Source: a virus (lineage: Duplodnaviria; Caudoviricetes). Taken from it: a stretch of 64,000 bases of DNA. The stretch spans positions 259 to 64,258 of IMG/VR virus record IMGVR_UViG_3300038549_000009; one strand, 5' to 3'. The notes beneath the pieces were generated by a model, which did no database searches, was not told the origin of the DNA, and saw only the letters and a list, made by a program, of their open reading frames with translations. The number at the start of each line of letters is the position of its first letter. The stretch's first letter is position 1. The translations under genes were made by a program, and so were the position numbers. Of the stretch, positions 45,153-55,269 are shown piece by piece.

Positions 45153-46602
45153 GCACCGCACATAAGCACGTCCCGGACGTGCGCATCGTGAACCACGGGA
45201 GCGTCGTGCTGCTGCATTTAAACACGCCGCCAGCGCGCGACTGGGCGCTCAACAATATCGACCCGGACGCGCCCCGCTTCGGCCGGGCCGTCGTCGTCGA
45301 GCCGCGCTACGTGGCGGCCATCGCCGACGGCATGAGCGCCGACGGGCTGGAGGTGCGCTAATGAGAACGCCGACACCATTCGACGGGCCGGGAGTCCTCC
45401 GGCCACTGGACCCACTGGCGCGCGCTATCGAGGCCGCCAGTGTCGAGGACGTAGCGCTCCTGATTGTCGCACTGGCGCGCGAGGCCCGCGCGCAAGCGGA
45501 CTATCCGGCGCGATTGGCCGAGCTTGAGGCGCGGGCCAGCGCCGCGCGGGGGGTAGCATGAAGATCATCGAGCAAATCGGCGACTACTCCGTGCGCGACG
45601 AACGCGACCCGGCACAGAGCACGCCGTTCTATTCTTACGGGGCGGTTACGTTGTGGGGCCCGGACGTGAACGGGCGCATCTGCCGGATGGGCAACTACCG
45701 CAACGACACGGGCCGCGCGCTCCAAGTCCTGCGGATGCTGGCCGGGGCACCATCATGAGGCCCGAGGACAAACTGCTGCGGGCCCTGTTCCATCCGGACC
45801 GGGACGCGCCGAGCGCGCGCTGCCCGGACTGCGGGATACCGACTGTGCCGGACCACGAGGGGTTGACCTACGAGGAACGGCTTTGTGAATCGTGCTACTT
45901 GCGCTGGAGCGAGGAGGACCATGACCGCTAGACTATCGAAGCATGAGCAGCACCGGCTGGCGCGCGGGGTATCGACGCCGTGCGCCGCATGGCATGGGAC
46001 GTTCGGAGGCCGCTGTTTAAATTGCGGCTACACGCCGGGCCGCATCGTCGAGGATGTCATCAAGGCGCGCCAAGCTGAGCGCGCGGAGGGAATAAAGTGA
46101 AACCGAGACCGACCACATGGGAAGCCCTGCGCCGCCTCGAGGCGCGCTGGATATCCGATAGCACGGCGCGCCGTATGGCGTTCCGGCTGCTGCGCGAGTC
46201 AACGCGTGACGCGGGCCGGGAATATGCCGAGGCCGTCTATCGGCTGGAGGTGCGCATTGTCGAGCGCGAGACGGCACGCAAGCGCGCGCTGCTGCGCCTG
46301 AAAATGAAGCTCACCCAACAGGCCGAGGTCGAGCGCGAGGCCATCCTGCGCCTCGAGGCGCGGTTCAGGCGCGAGACCGAGCGCGTCTGGACTGCCATCT
46401 TGCGCCTGAAGCGCGATTATCTACAGCGCACGGGCCGGGAGGCGTGGTAATGAATTACCACGAGACGCGAGACGCTGCGCTCCCTGAGCAGCAACGGCTT
46501 AACGCCCTAACGGGCAAGCCGCACGTCATCCGGCGCGTCGAGCACGGCGAGCGGGCCGGCTGGTATTACGTCGAGCCGTTTAAATCCGCTCCGAAAAATG
46601 TC

Positions 46603-46631
46603 TTTACTCCCATCATCTGAGCGCGTATAAT
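46603..46631 (+). promoter_or_regulatory. sigma70-type promoter
   Basis: TTTACT-N17-TATAAT upstream of 46657. Confidence 0.7.
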
Positions 46632-46656
46632 TCGCGCGGACTACTGGAGGCACACC

Positions 46657-46983
46657 ATGACTCAGCGCTTTGTGATCGGCTTCGGCTGCGAATATGACCG
46701 GGACGGCAACCCGCTTTATCTCTCGCACCGGGACGTTGCGCGCCTGATCGAGAAAATCGCTGCGCACATACGCGTGCCGGGCTACTCGCTCCGCTTCGGG
46801 CCGGGCGCATGGGAGACTGACGCCGGCACGCGCATCGTCGAGGACGGCGGCACCGTGGAATACATCGGGCCCGAGCACGACTACACGCTCCTGCGCGCCT
46901 TCGCCAGCGGCATCCGCGAGGAACTTCGGCAGGTCTGCGTTGTCTTTTATGCTCAGCCCGTGGTCTTTTTCGAGTATGTTTGA
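46657..46983 (+). CDS. SAM-lyase-like (DUF3574-type) protein, copy 1
   Basis: FG...GYS...G.W...G...E...A..I...L.Q.CV pattern. Confidence 0.6.
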   Translation: MTQRFVIGFGCEYDRDGNPLYLSHRDVARLIEKIAAHIRVPGYSLRFGPGAWETDAGTRIVEDGGTVEYIGPEHDYTLLRAFASGIREELRQVCVVFYAQPVVFFEYV

Positions 46984-47110
46984 GCCCGTCCGCCTTCTGA
47001 TTCTGGCCGGGCTCCTGCTATTCCTCACAGGGGCCCGGCTGTTTGTGTTTGCACTGAGGGAATCGCGCGAGCGCCCGGAAGACTCGCGCATAGACTGGGA
47101 GATTTAAACG

Positions 47111-47587
47111 ATGAAGCGAATCATGCCTTACGTGTTTTCCCTCGTGCTCCTGTTTGCGGCCGGACTGGCGCAAGCTGGCGGCGGCGCGGGTTTCTATCAG
47201 CACTTCAACGGCACCATCAAATTTTTCCCGCAAGGGAATAACGGGCAAGCGTGGACGTTCTTGGGCGAGTCCGGTGGCGGTGGCGGTGGCGGTGGCGGTG
47301 GCGGTGGCGGTGGCGGTGGCGGTGGCGGTGGCGGTGGCGGAAGCAAAGCCTCCGGCGGCAGCCAAGGCAACGGCAGCCATGCCAGCAAGGGCACGCGGAT
47401 ACTGCGCGCGGCTATCAAGGGCGCGATTGCAGCCGTGGCGATTTACGTGGTCTACTGCATCGTCACCGAGGACACGAGCGTCCCCGAGGACCAGCGGACT
47501 TGCAAGCGCCAGCCCGAGCCGGAGCCGATTGCTCTACAGCCCGTGCTGAACACCACGAACGTGTTCTCGCGCGACTGGAGTAAGTAA
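47111..47587 (+). CDS. exported protein with poly-Gly linker and TM anchor
   Basis: signal peptide ending AQA, 23 Gly, AIAAVAIYVVYCIV TM. Confidence 0.7.
   Translation: MKRIMPYVFSLVLLFAAGLAQAGGGAGFYQHFNGTIKFFPQGNNGQAWTFLGESGGGGGGGGGGGGGGGGGGGGGGGSKASGGSQGNGSHASKGTRILRAAIKGAIAAVAIYVVYCIVTEDTSVPEDQRTCKRQPEPEPIALQPVLNTTNVFSRDWSK
47273..47338 (+). repeat. perfect (GGTGGC)11 tandem repeat
   Basis: read directly. Confidence 0.95.
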
Positions 47588-47606
47588 GCAAGGACGTTGC
47601 CTGAAC

Positions 47607-47633
47607 GCGGCCGGTAAGGCCCGGCCGCTTTTT
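47607..47633 (+). terminator. intrinsic terminator-like hairpin
   Basis: GCGGCCGG-TAAGGC-CCGGCCGC-TTTTT. Confidence 0.6.
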
Positions 47634-47664
47634 GAGAACGCCCTAACACCCTAACTGGAGGCAC

Positions 47665-47988
47665 ATGCAGAAACTATACATTGTCAGATTTGGATTTTCG
47701 CGCGGACCGGCCGGCGAAGCGACCGGCATATCGCAAGGCGACGCGGCGAAGGCGGTCGAGCGCGTAGCGCGCCTGACCGGGCTCCCGCCTTACTCGCTCA
47801 AGTTCGAGCCGCGCGCGTGGTTCAACAACGAGGGCGCGGCCCACGTCGAGCACGCCGGCGAGGTGGAATTCATAGGCGGCAGCATCGAGACCGAGGCCCG
47901 GCGCTTCGCGACCGCGCTCCGTATGCAGTTGAAGCAGGAAGCGGTCACGATGCAGGTCCAGCCAGTCGAGTCGTTCAACTTTGTCTAG
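47665..47988 (+). CDS. SAM-lyase-like (DUF3574-type) protein, copy 2
   Basis: paralog of 46657-46983; AW...G...VE...LKQEAV. Confidence 0.6.
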   Translation: MQKLYIVRFGFSRGPAGEATGISQGDAAKAVERVARLTGLPPYSLKFEPRAWFNNEGAAHVEHAGEVEFIGGSIETEARRFATALRMQLKQEAVTMQVQPVESFNFV

Positions 47989-50900
47989 GAGCGTTTAAAT
48001 GAGCTACACGACCACCATGCGCAAGGACCGGGACGGTTGGCGCGCCGAGACGCGCATCACTCTCCCGGACGTGCAAGCGCACGCACTAACGCACCGGCCC
48101 GAGGAGAAGGGCGAGACGGTGCTCAGCCTCACGACATCCAAGCGGACGCGCGGCCTGTCCACGTTCGCGAGCGTAGCGTTCCACGCTGAGAACGGCTTCA
48201 CGACGCACGCGATGGGGATGGGGACCGGACTGGGCGACTACGGGCGCACGATTCTGCAATCCGGGGACCGCTGCACCGAGAAGGCCATCGCCCGCCTGCA
48301 CGCCGAGGCGCTGAACCTCGTGCCGACGGTGCTCGAGGCAGTGCGCGCGCACTACGCCGCGCAGAAAAAGGAACGCGCCCATGTTTGAGACCATGAGCAG
48401 CACCGTCAAGCAAGACACGACGCTGAGATTCACGAGCAAGCTGGAGCGTGACCGGAAGGCGCGCGAGCTTCGGAAGCAGGGCTACACCGTGGAATGCAAG
48501 ACGTGGGATTTTACGGACCTCGCGCGTGCCATTAGCTACGAGCTAACGGCCACGCGCACGATCAGGCGCGTTTAAATCCATCGTGGCAACCATCCACCTG
48601 AGCGACATCATCCGACGGGCCGGGGCGCTGGCGTGCGACGCGCGCACGAACGCCGACGGCTCGCACCATCTCCGGCTGCGCTTCGCTGGCGGCCGGACCG
48701 AGGACTCGACCACGGCGCCGGACGTGCGCCTCATTCTTCCACATCAGGAGGTAACATCGTGACGACTCTGGAAAAGGAAATGCTGCTAGACAAGATCGCC
48801 AGCCTACTAGGCGGCCGGATTGTCAAGGACCGAACGGACTGCGGCGGCGTCTTCGCCGACGTGGAGCTTGCCGACGGGGTGCGCTTTCACATGCACGCCG
48901 ACGGCTACGGTAACGAGGAGCGTATCACGTTCAGCGGGGACTGGCCGAGCTACACCAAGCCCGACGGGACCACGACCATCGTCATCCCGCGCGACGTGTG
49001 GATCGACAACCGGCAACTGGAATCCCCGAGCATCAGCGTGAGCTACACGCGCCCGGTCGAGCAGATCGTGAAGGACGTGCAGCGCCGGTTCCTGCCGGGC
49101 TACGCGCCCATCTGGCGCGCGGTCAAGCAGCGCGCCGAGGACCAGACGGCTTTTTACCGTAGGCAGCGCGAGACGGCCGAGCGCGTGGCGAGTCGCACTG
49201 GAGGCAAGGCGCGCGCCGGGTTCACTGAGGTGGACTATGGCTATGAGTTCGGCACGGCCAAGCTGCGCGGGGGCTACGGCGCGGAGCCGTTCGAGTTCGA
49301 GGTCACGCTCCGGGAAGTGAGCGAGGCCGACCTGCTGGACATCATCGACTTGCTGCGCGCGCGGTGGAGGAAACGTGTCAAAGTCGCGGCATAACGACAA
49401 GGATGTCATCATCCCGCCGGTCCTGCTGAAGCTCGACCGGCTGGACACCGAGGCCCTGCGCGAGCTACTGCACATGGTGCCGGGAGTGAATCACTGGGCG
49501 CTCGACCGGGCTACCGACGCAGCCATGCGCGAGGCGTTTAAATCCTACTGGCGGACGGGGAAGCTGACCGAGGCCAACATCTTCAACTTCAGGGGGGGCA
49601 AGTGAGCATACTGGACGAGATAAAATTCGCCGACGCGGGCACGGTGAGCCGCGCGCAACTGGAGCAGATCGCCGTCTGGATCGACAACATCGAGAAGCTG
49701 GACGCCGAGAACGGCTACACCGAGGCCAAAGAACTTTGGGCCCTGCTGTTCGACATCCGCAAAGTCGCGAGGGGGCAAGCATGATCGGCATATTTCACCG
49801 GTTCTTCCGCTCGCTCGTCGAGATCGAGCCGAGCGTCTCGCGCCGCCGGATTATGGGCTTCTCCGCCGGCCAACTTCGCGCGCTGCTGAGCGTCGCTCGC
49901 GTCTATCCGCCCGGACTATGGAGCGCAAGCGCCGACGCGCTGCGCAGTGTAGTGCTCCGCGCCTACGAGCAGGGGCAAATCTCCGACGAGCAAGTGGAGG
50001 ACATCAAGTGAAAGAGTCCGAGTTCGAGGAGTTCACGCGGCGGGTCTACGTCCGGGGAACGCGGGTCCTCGCCGCCATCTTCGCCGTCTTTTTACTGTGG
50101 GTCCTAACCGGGCCCCGATAACCGAGGAGCATACGCATGGCAAAGAGACTCATTCTTACAGTGCCTACGAAATTGACGCTTACGGAACTGGACATTCGCG
50201 AGGTATCCATCATCCTCGCCGCTCTGCGGCACTGGCAGAATAGCCCGCGCCGCTCGAGCGACGTGGAGGCTATCGCCGACAACGGCGGCGATGTCTGCCG
50301 GCTGGACGACGGGGAGATCGACGCGCTCTGCGAGAAGATTAACACCCGCGACATCTACGTCGTGACGGAGGAATCGTGCGGGTGAGCATCATCAACATCA
50401 TCATCCTGCTGGTGATCGGCACGCTGCTGGTCATGCCGGGGTGCATTTAAACGGAGGGTTTCATGCAGGCTATCTACCTGATTATTTTTTGCGCCGTGCT
50501 GGCGATGACCGGGCTCGCCATCGGAGACCGGCTCGACCAGCAAGAACGCGTAGCACTGACGGCGCCGACCGAGCGCCAACAAGCGCTGATCTGCTGGCAT
50601 GAATTCCAGTCCGGACGGCGGTCCACCACGGCAGACTGCCCGGCGCTATGAGCACCGAATACAAATACAAAAAGCTGAACGGCGACTGGCTGGAATGCGA
50701 CTCTTGCTCGTCCCTCGCTCCGCTCGCGACATTCGAGCAGCGGGATCATCGCACCGGCCAGAACGAAACGCGCCATTTGTGCGAGGTGTGCGCGAGCAGC
50801 TACATCGCCAATGCGGTGCAGTATCCGAGCCAGTATGAGAACGTGGCCCTCTATCAGGCCCTCGGGCGCTGCACGAACATAATCCTCGATGCCGTCACGA

Positions 50901-52703
50901 AGCGGAGGCCGAAATGAGTAATGCCGCACCCACGCCCGAGCCCCGCCGGGGCACATGGGCCGACTTTGTCGAGCACGCTGGCGGCGGCGCAACCTACATC
51001 ATCTACGTGGACGGCGTCGAGCACACGCGCGGCTACCGGACTAGCTACGCCGACGCGCGAAAGGATGCGCGCGAGGACTTGCAGATCGCCCGGATGTTCT
51101 GCGGCCGGGCCGGGAAACGGGAGGACTGATGGCCATCTTCACGCGTGTCGAATTCCTCGGCGCTGTGGCTGGCGTGCTTTACGAGATTCATCGCGCGCAG
51201 TCCAGCTCCGGGGAATTATACGGTTACCGGCTCGTGCGACGATATCTCAAGTGGCCGGATCGCGAGGCCCAAGTTACCGGACTACACAAGAGCGCTCGCG
51301 ACGCGCGCCGCACTGGCGTTGCTATCATCGAGGAATTGCGAGCCGCCATCAATGAAGGACGTGTGAACCGTGAACGCTACCCCTCCTAAACCCCCGGTGA
51401 CCGTGCGCCGGCAGGACTGCACGTTCATCGGCGGGGCCCGCGAGCGTGCAACTTTGTGCGCCGCGCTGAGTCTATACCAGACTCACCTCGAAGCCGGCAT
51501 CCTGCCGCAAGACGCGGCCGACATCGCCGCCTCGTGCGACGGCCGGCCTCCGCTCGACAGTGACGAGATCGCAGTGCTACTACAGGAGATATCGGAATGA
51601 ATGACAAGCTCGCCAAGGCGATGCGCAAGATGTCGAAGTATCGGCCGGGCCCGCAACCGAAGCCCGAGTTCCCCGGCGTCCATCATCTGCTGGAGGTCCC
51701 GCTCTACGCTACACACACCCGGACTATCCGCGAGATGGGCCCGAGGGGAAAGATCATCGCGCGCAAGGTTGAGAAGATACTCTACGGAGCCGACGGGAAA
51801 ACACCGCTCTCGCCGTTGTGGCACCAAGTCAAGGACAAGGACGGCAACGAGCGCGTGGTCCACAAGACCGAGGTCGTGCCGATCCTGAAACCCATCCGGC
51901 TGCTGCCGGGCTCGCCGAAGGCGAACTACCGCCGGTTGAAGCGCGCATTTAAACAACACGAGGCCGCCCGTGGCATATCCGCCTAAGCTGCACAAAGCCG
52001 TGGCGCAGAGCATGGCCGAACAAGCGTTGGCTGAGCTAGATGCTGCGCTCGACCGCGTCGGGCTCGCGCGCGGCGCGGGGCCGCACCCGCATTCGATGAC
52101 GGTCTACAAAACGCGCAACTGCACGGGTAACCTCGGCGTGACAACCGACATCGCTCTTGGCAGGCTGATTCAAACTCTGAAACGGGAGGCCCGTCGTGCC
52201 GCTAACTCCTGAGCAGCAAGCCGCGCGTCTGCGGAAGATCGTCGAGGTGGGCATGGCATACCTCCACGCCGGCGACGTGCACAACAAGCAGTTTGGGCTG
52301 GAGGTCATGCTGACACTCCTGACCGACAGCCGCGACGTGCCGACGTTTCGCCGGCGGTTTCGCGGGCCGGACAATCACTGGGAGGATGGGAGGTCACTGT
52401 GAAACTGAGACTGAGCAAGATACTGCGGGAAGCCGCGCGGCTGGTGGAAGGTGACGAGCACGCCCACTCATGCACCGCCGTCAGCAGTGTCGTCTACCGA
52501 GCCTTGGGGGGGCGGGCTAAGAGGGTCGATTGGATTGGCCGCTGTGTATTTGGCCCGGAACGCATTGCCTACCAAGAGCTGTTGCTGGGACCTGACGGCC
52601 GGTTTCACATACACGACTTCGGCTTCTTGTATAACTCCGACGCGCATAACCTCCGGGTCCTCGCGCTCTGCATGGCGGCGACACTCGCCGAGGACGCGGG
52701 ACT

Positions 52704-53105
52704 ATGATGCTCGAATCGTGGGTGCTGTGCATGGCCGTCATGCTCTATCACGAGGGCGCGAAGACCGAGCCTGTGATCGGGTCGATGGCGCTCGCGCAGG
52801 CCACGCTCAACCGGGCGAAGCGCGACCCGACGCGAGTGTGCGACGTGGTGCGCGCGAAGGGGCAATACTCCTCGCTGACGAAGCCCGGCCCAGTGGTCGA
52901 CGGCGTGGCGTGGAAGCAGGCGCAACAGATCGCGTGGCTCTCGTTTCACACATCGGACTTCACCGGCGGCGCCGACCATTTCCACGCGCTCGTGTGCCCG
53001 CCGGACCGGCCGCAGGAATGCAAGCCCTACTGGCGGCTGGACATGGACGTAGCGGGACAGTGGGGCAATCACATCTTTTACAAACCGAAAGGGAAACGCA
53101 AATGA
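52704..53105 (+). CDS. SleB/Hydrolase_2-family cell wall hydrolase
   Basis: C.A...YHE, LNR, C.VV...GQYS, T.GA.HFH, P.W, GNHIFY. Confidence 0.85.
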   Translation: MMLESWVLCMAVMLYHEGAKTEPVIGSMALAQATLNRAKRDPTRVCDVVRAKGQYSSLTKPGPVVDGVAWKQAQQIAWLSFHTSDFTGGADHFHALVCPPDRPQECKPYWRLDMDVAGQWGNHIFYKPKGKRK

Positions 53106-53278
53106 AGACCATCATGATCGCAGTTGCAGCGGCCCTATTGGCAGGGTGCGTCAGCTACGCCAAAGTCGAGAAGGTCGACACCGCCGGCGAGAAATGTCGC
53201 GCCGTGGTGCGCGGGTATTTCTTCAGCTTCAACAACCCGGCCGCGCTGGAGGAATGCCGCCCGGACGAGGACCGCTAA
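53102..53278 (+). CDS. small lipoprotein
   Basis: MKTIMIAVAAALLAG-C lipobox. Confidence 0.75.
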   Translation: MKTIMIAVAAALLAGCVSYAKVEKVDTAGEKCRAVVRGYFFSFNNPAALEECRPDEDR

Positions 53279-53501
53279 AGTGTCCCGCGCTTCGCCGACA
53301 CCGCATCGCGGGCCCGGCTGGTATTTCGGCTACATCCCGCTTTCGGATTGGGGGACGGGCCTGCGGCTTAGCTGGAAGGGCTGGGGCTACTGGCTGTTCT
53401 ATCATAACTCGTTCTATCACGCGCGCGGCCTGCGCTGCACCTACACGCGCATCTGCGGCGTCGAGATCGAGCACATCTACCCTTACTAGGAGACCGCTAC
53501 C

Positions 53502-53672
53502 ATGTATACCCTGATCTTCATTGGCTATCTCGGCGTGCACGCCGCGTCCGGCATCGTCGTCACGGCAACATTCGAGACGTTCGAGCAGTGCGAACGGGCT
53601 GCGACTCGGCTGCAACAGACCGTGCGCAGCACCCTTTTGGCCGACTGCTTGCCTAGCAAGGTAGCCCGCTAA
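53502..53672 (+). CDS. small exported two-Cys protein
   Basis: read by hand: MYTLIFIGYLG...FETFEQCERAA...DCLP; AGGAG RBS. Confidence 0.6.
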   Translation: MYTLIFIGYLGVHAASGIVVTATFETFEQCERAATRLQQTVRSTLLADCLPSKVAR

Positions 53673-53868
53673 TGAGCCAGATGCCCGAGGAACCGAGACG
53701 CTACACCTTCGGTGGGGTCATGCGCGGTGTCTCTGACATGGTGCTGGCGGCGGATTACGACCGCCTCCGCGCCCACGCACAGCGCCTCCAAGATCGCGTC
53801 GAGGGGCTGGAGGCATTTAAACGCAGCGTCGACGAGGCGCTGAACTCGGGCGACGGGAGCTATCGGCC

Positions 53869-54441
53869 ATGAGGGATTGTCCTCAGCACGGCACGGACCC
53901 TATGGGCTGCGCGGACGATTGTCCGGCACGGAGATATGTCCGCTATGGCGCTGAGCTTTCCGATTGCGGCCAGTATCGCTACCTGCTGTGGCGCGTGTGG
54001 GACGAGCGCACCCGGCCGCTCGTGTGGATCATGCTGAACCCCAGCACGGCGGACGCACTGCGCGACGACGCGACCATCCGAGTCTGCGCCGGCCGGGCCA
54101 AGCGGCTCGGCTACGGGGGCATCGCCGTGGCCAACCTGTTCGCGCTGCGCTCGACCGATCCGCAAGCGCTCTACACGCATCCGTCTCCCCTGAGTGAGCC
54201 CGGCCAGCCGGGGCGCAACGTCAGAACCATCACGCGCCTTGCCTCGCCTCCTAACGCGACCATCGTCTGCGCGTGGGGCACGCATGGCACGCGGACTACG
54301 TGCGGTCCGAAGATGGTAGAGTGGCTGCGGCACCTCGGGGTGCGCCCGATGGCGCTCAAGATCAACGCCGACGGCAGCCCCGCGCACCCGCTGCGCATCC
54401 CCTACTCGCAACCACTGATCGAACTGGAGGCGCCGAAGTGA
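53869..54441 (+). CDS. DUF1643-family protein
   Basis: S.CG.YRY.L.R.WD, IMLNPSTAD, NLFA.RSTDP, AWG, HPL. Confidence 0.85.
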   Translation: MRDCPQHGTDPMGCADDCPARRYVRYGAELSDCGQYRYLLWRVWDERTRPLVWIMLNPSTADALRDDATIRVCAGRAKRLGYGGIAVANLFALRSTDPQALYTHPSPLSEPGQPGRNVRTITRLASPPNATIVCAWGTHGTRTTCGPKMVEWLRHLGVRPMALKINADGSPAHPLRIPYSQPLIELEAPK

Positions 54442-54918
54442 AGCTCGAACACCGCCGCGACGAGTTCATGCTGGAGCTTATCTCGCTGCACGCCGAAGCG
54501 CAGCGCCTTGGGCTCCGGGCTACTGCAAAGACACTGGGTATCGCCGCGCTCAGTTCCGTGGAAGAAATAACAGCGCTTACGGAAAAAACAGCGCGTGCCA
54601 AGCGAAAGAAAAAGGCGTAGAATGCTGTCGGTGGACATCGCGAACCCATTGGCCCCGCCGCCGGATTGGCTCGACCGCTACGAGTTTCGGTCGATGGATG
54701 CCATTCGCAGGGAGGGACTGACAAAGGTGCTGCTGCCGGCGTTCAACGCCAGCGCCATCACCGACCTGAATCAGTATCGCGTGTTCTTTCAGGAAGTTGT
54801 CGAGTTCGGCCCCGGCGCTATCTCGCGGTTGCCCGCAGCAAAGTATAAGCTCCTCGTGTATTTGGCAGAGCTGGGCCACATTCACCACGGCTACGCCGTT
54901 CATCACTAGGAGGTCACC

Positions 54919-55269
54919 ATGAAGCGCTACACCCTGCCGCAGCTATTCGCCGCCCTCACGCTCGTCGCCATGTCCGCCTTCGCGCAGGCTCCCGCGCCGA
55001 AGCTCTACGCGCGCGCCGAGATGCCGCTCGCCGAAGTCAAGCTCTATCAGGAGACGTGCTCCGTCGGCGTCTTGATCGCTCGTATCGAGCCGGACTACCG
55101 CCCGCTGTGGAAGAACGGCGAAGCGCTCATGACCGATGGCAGCGGCGTCGATAAGCTCTGCTGGTTCGGCCTGCCCGTGTCGGAGTTCGGTCCGGGCTAT
55201 CTCGTGATATCCGAGCGCGGCGTCGAGGGCTTCATCCCGGCCGACCGATTCACCCACGAGGTCAAGTGA
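54919..55269 (+). CDS. exported hypothetical protein
   Basis: signal peptide ending AFA; two Cys. Confidence 0.6.
   Translation: MKRYTLPQLFAALTLVAMSAFAQAPAPKLYARAEMPLAEVKLYQETCSVGVLIARIEPDYRPLWKNGEALMTDGSGVDKLCWFGLPVSEFGPGYLVISERGVEGFIPADRFTHEVK

Larger units (their letters stand above)
42003..54909 (+). other. early region of roughly 40 small, mostly hypothetical coupled genes
   Basis: dense ATGA overlaps and GGAGG RBSs on + strand. Confidence 0.8.
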
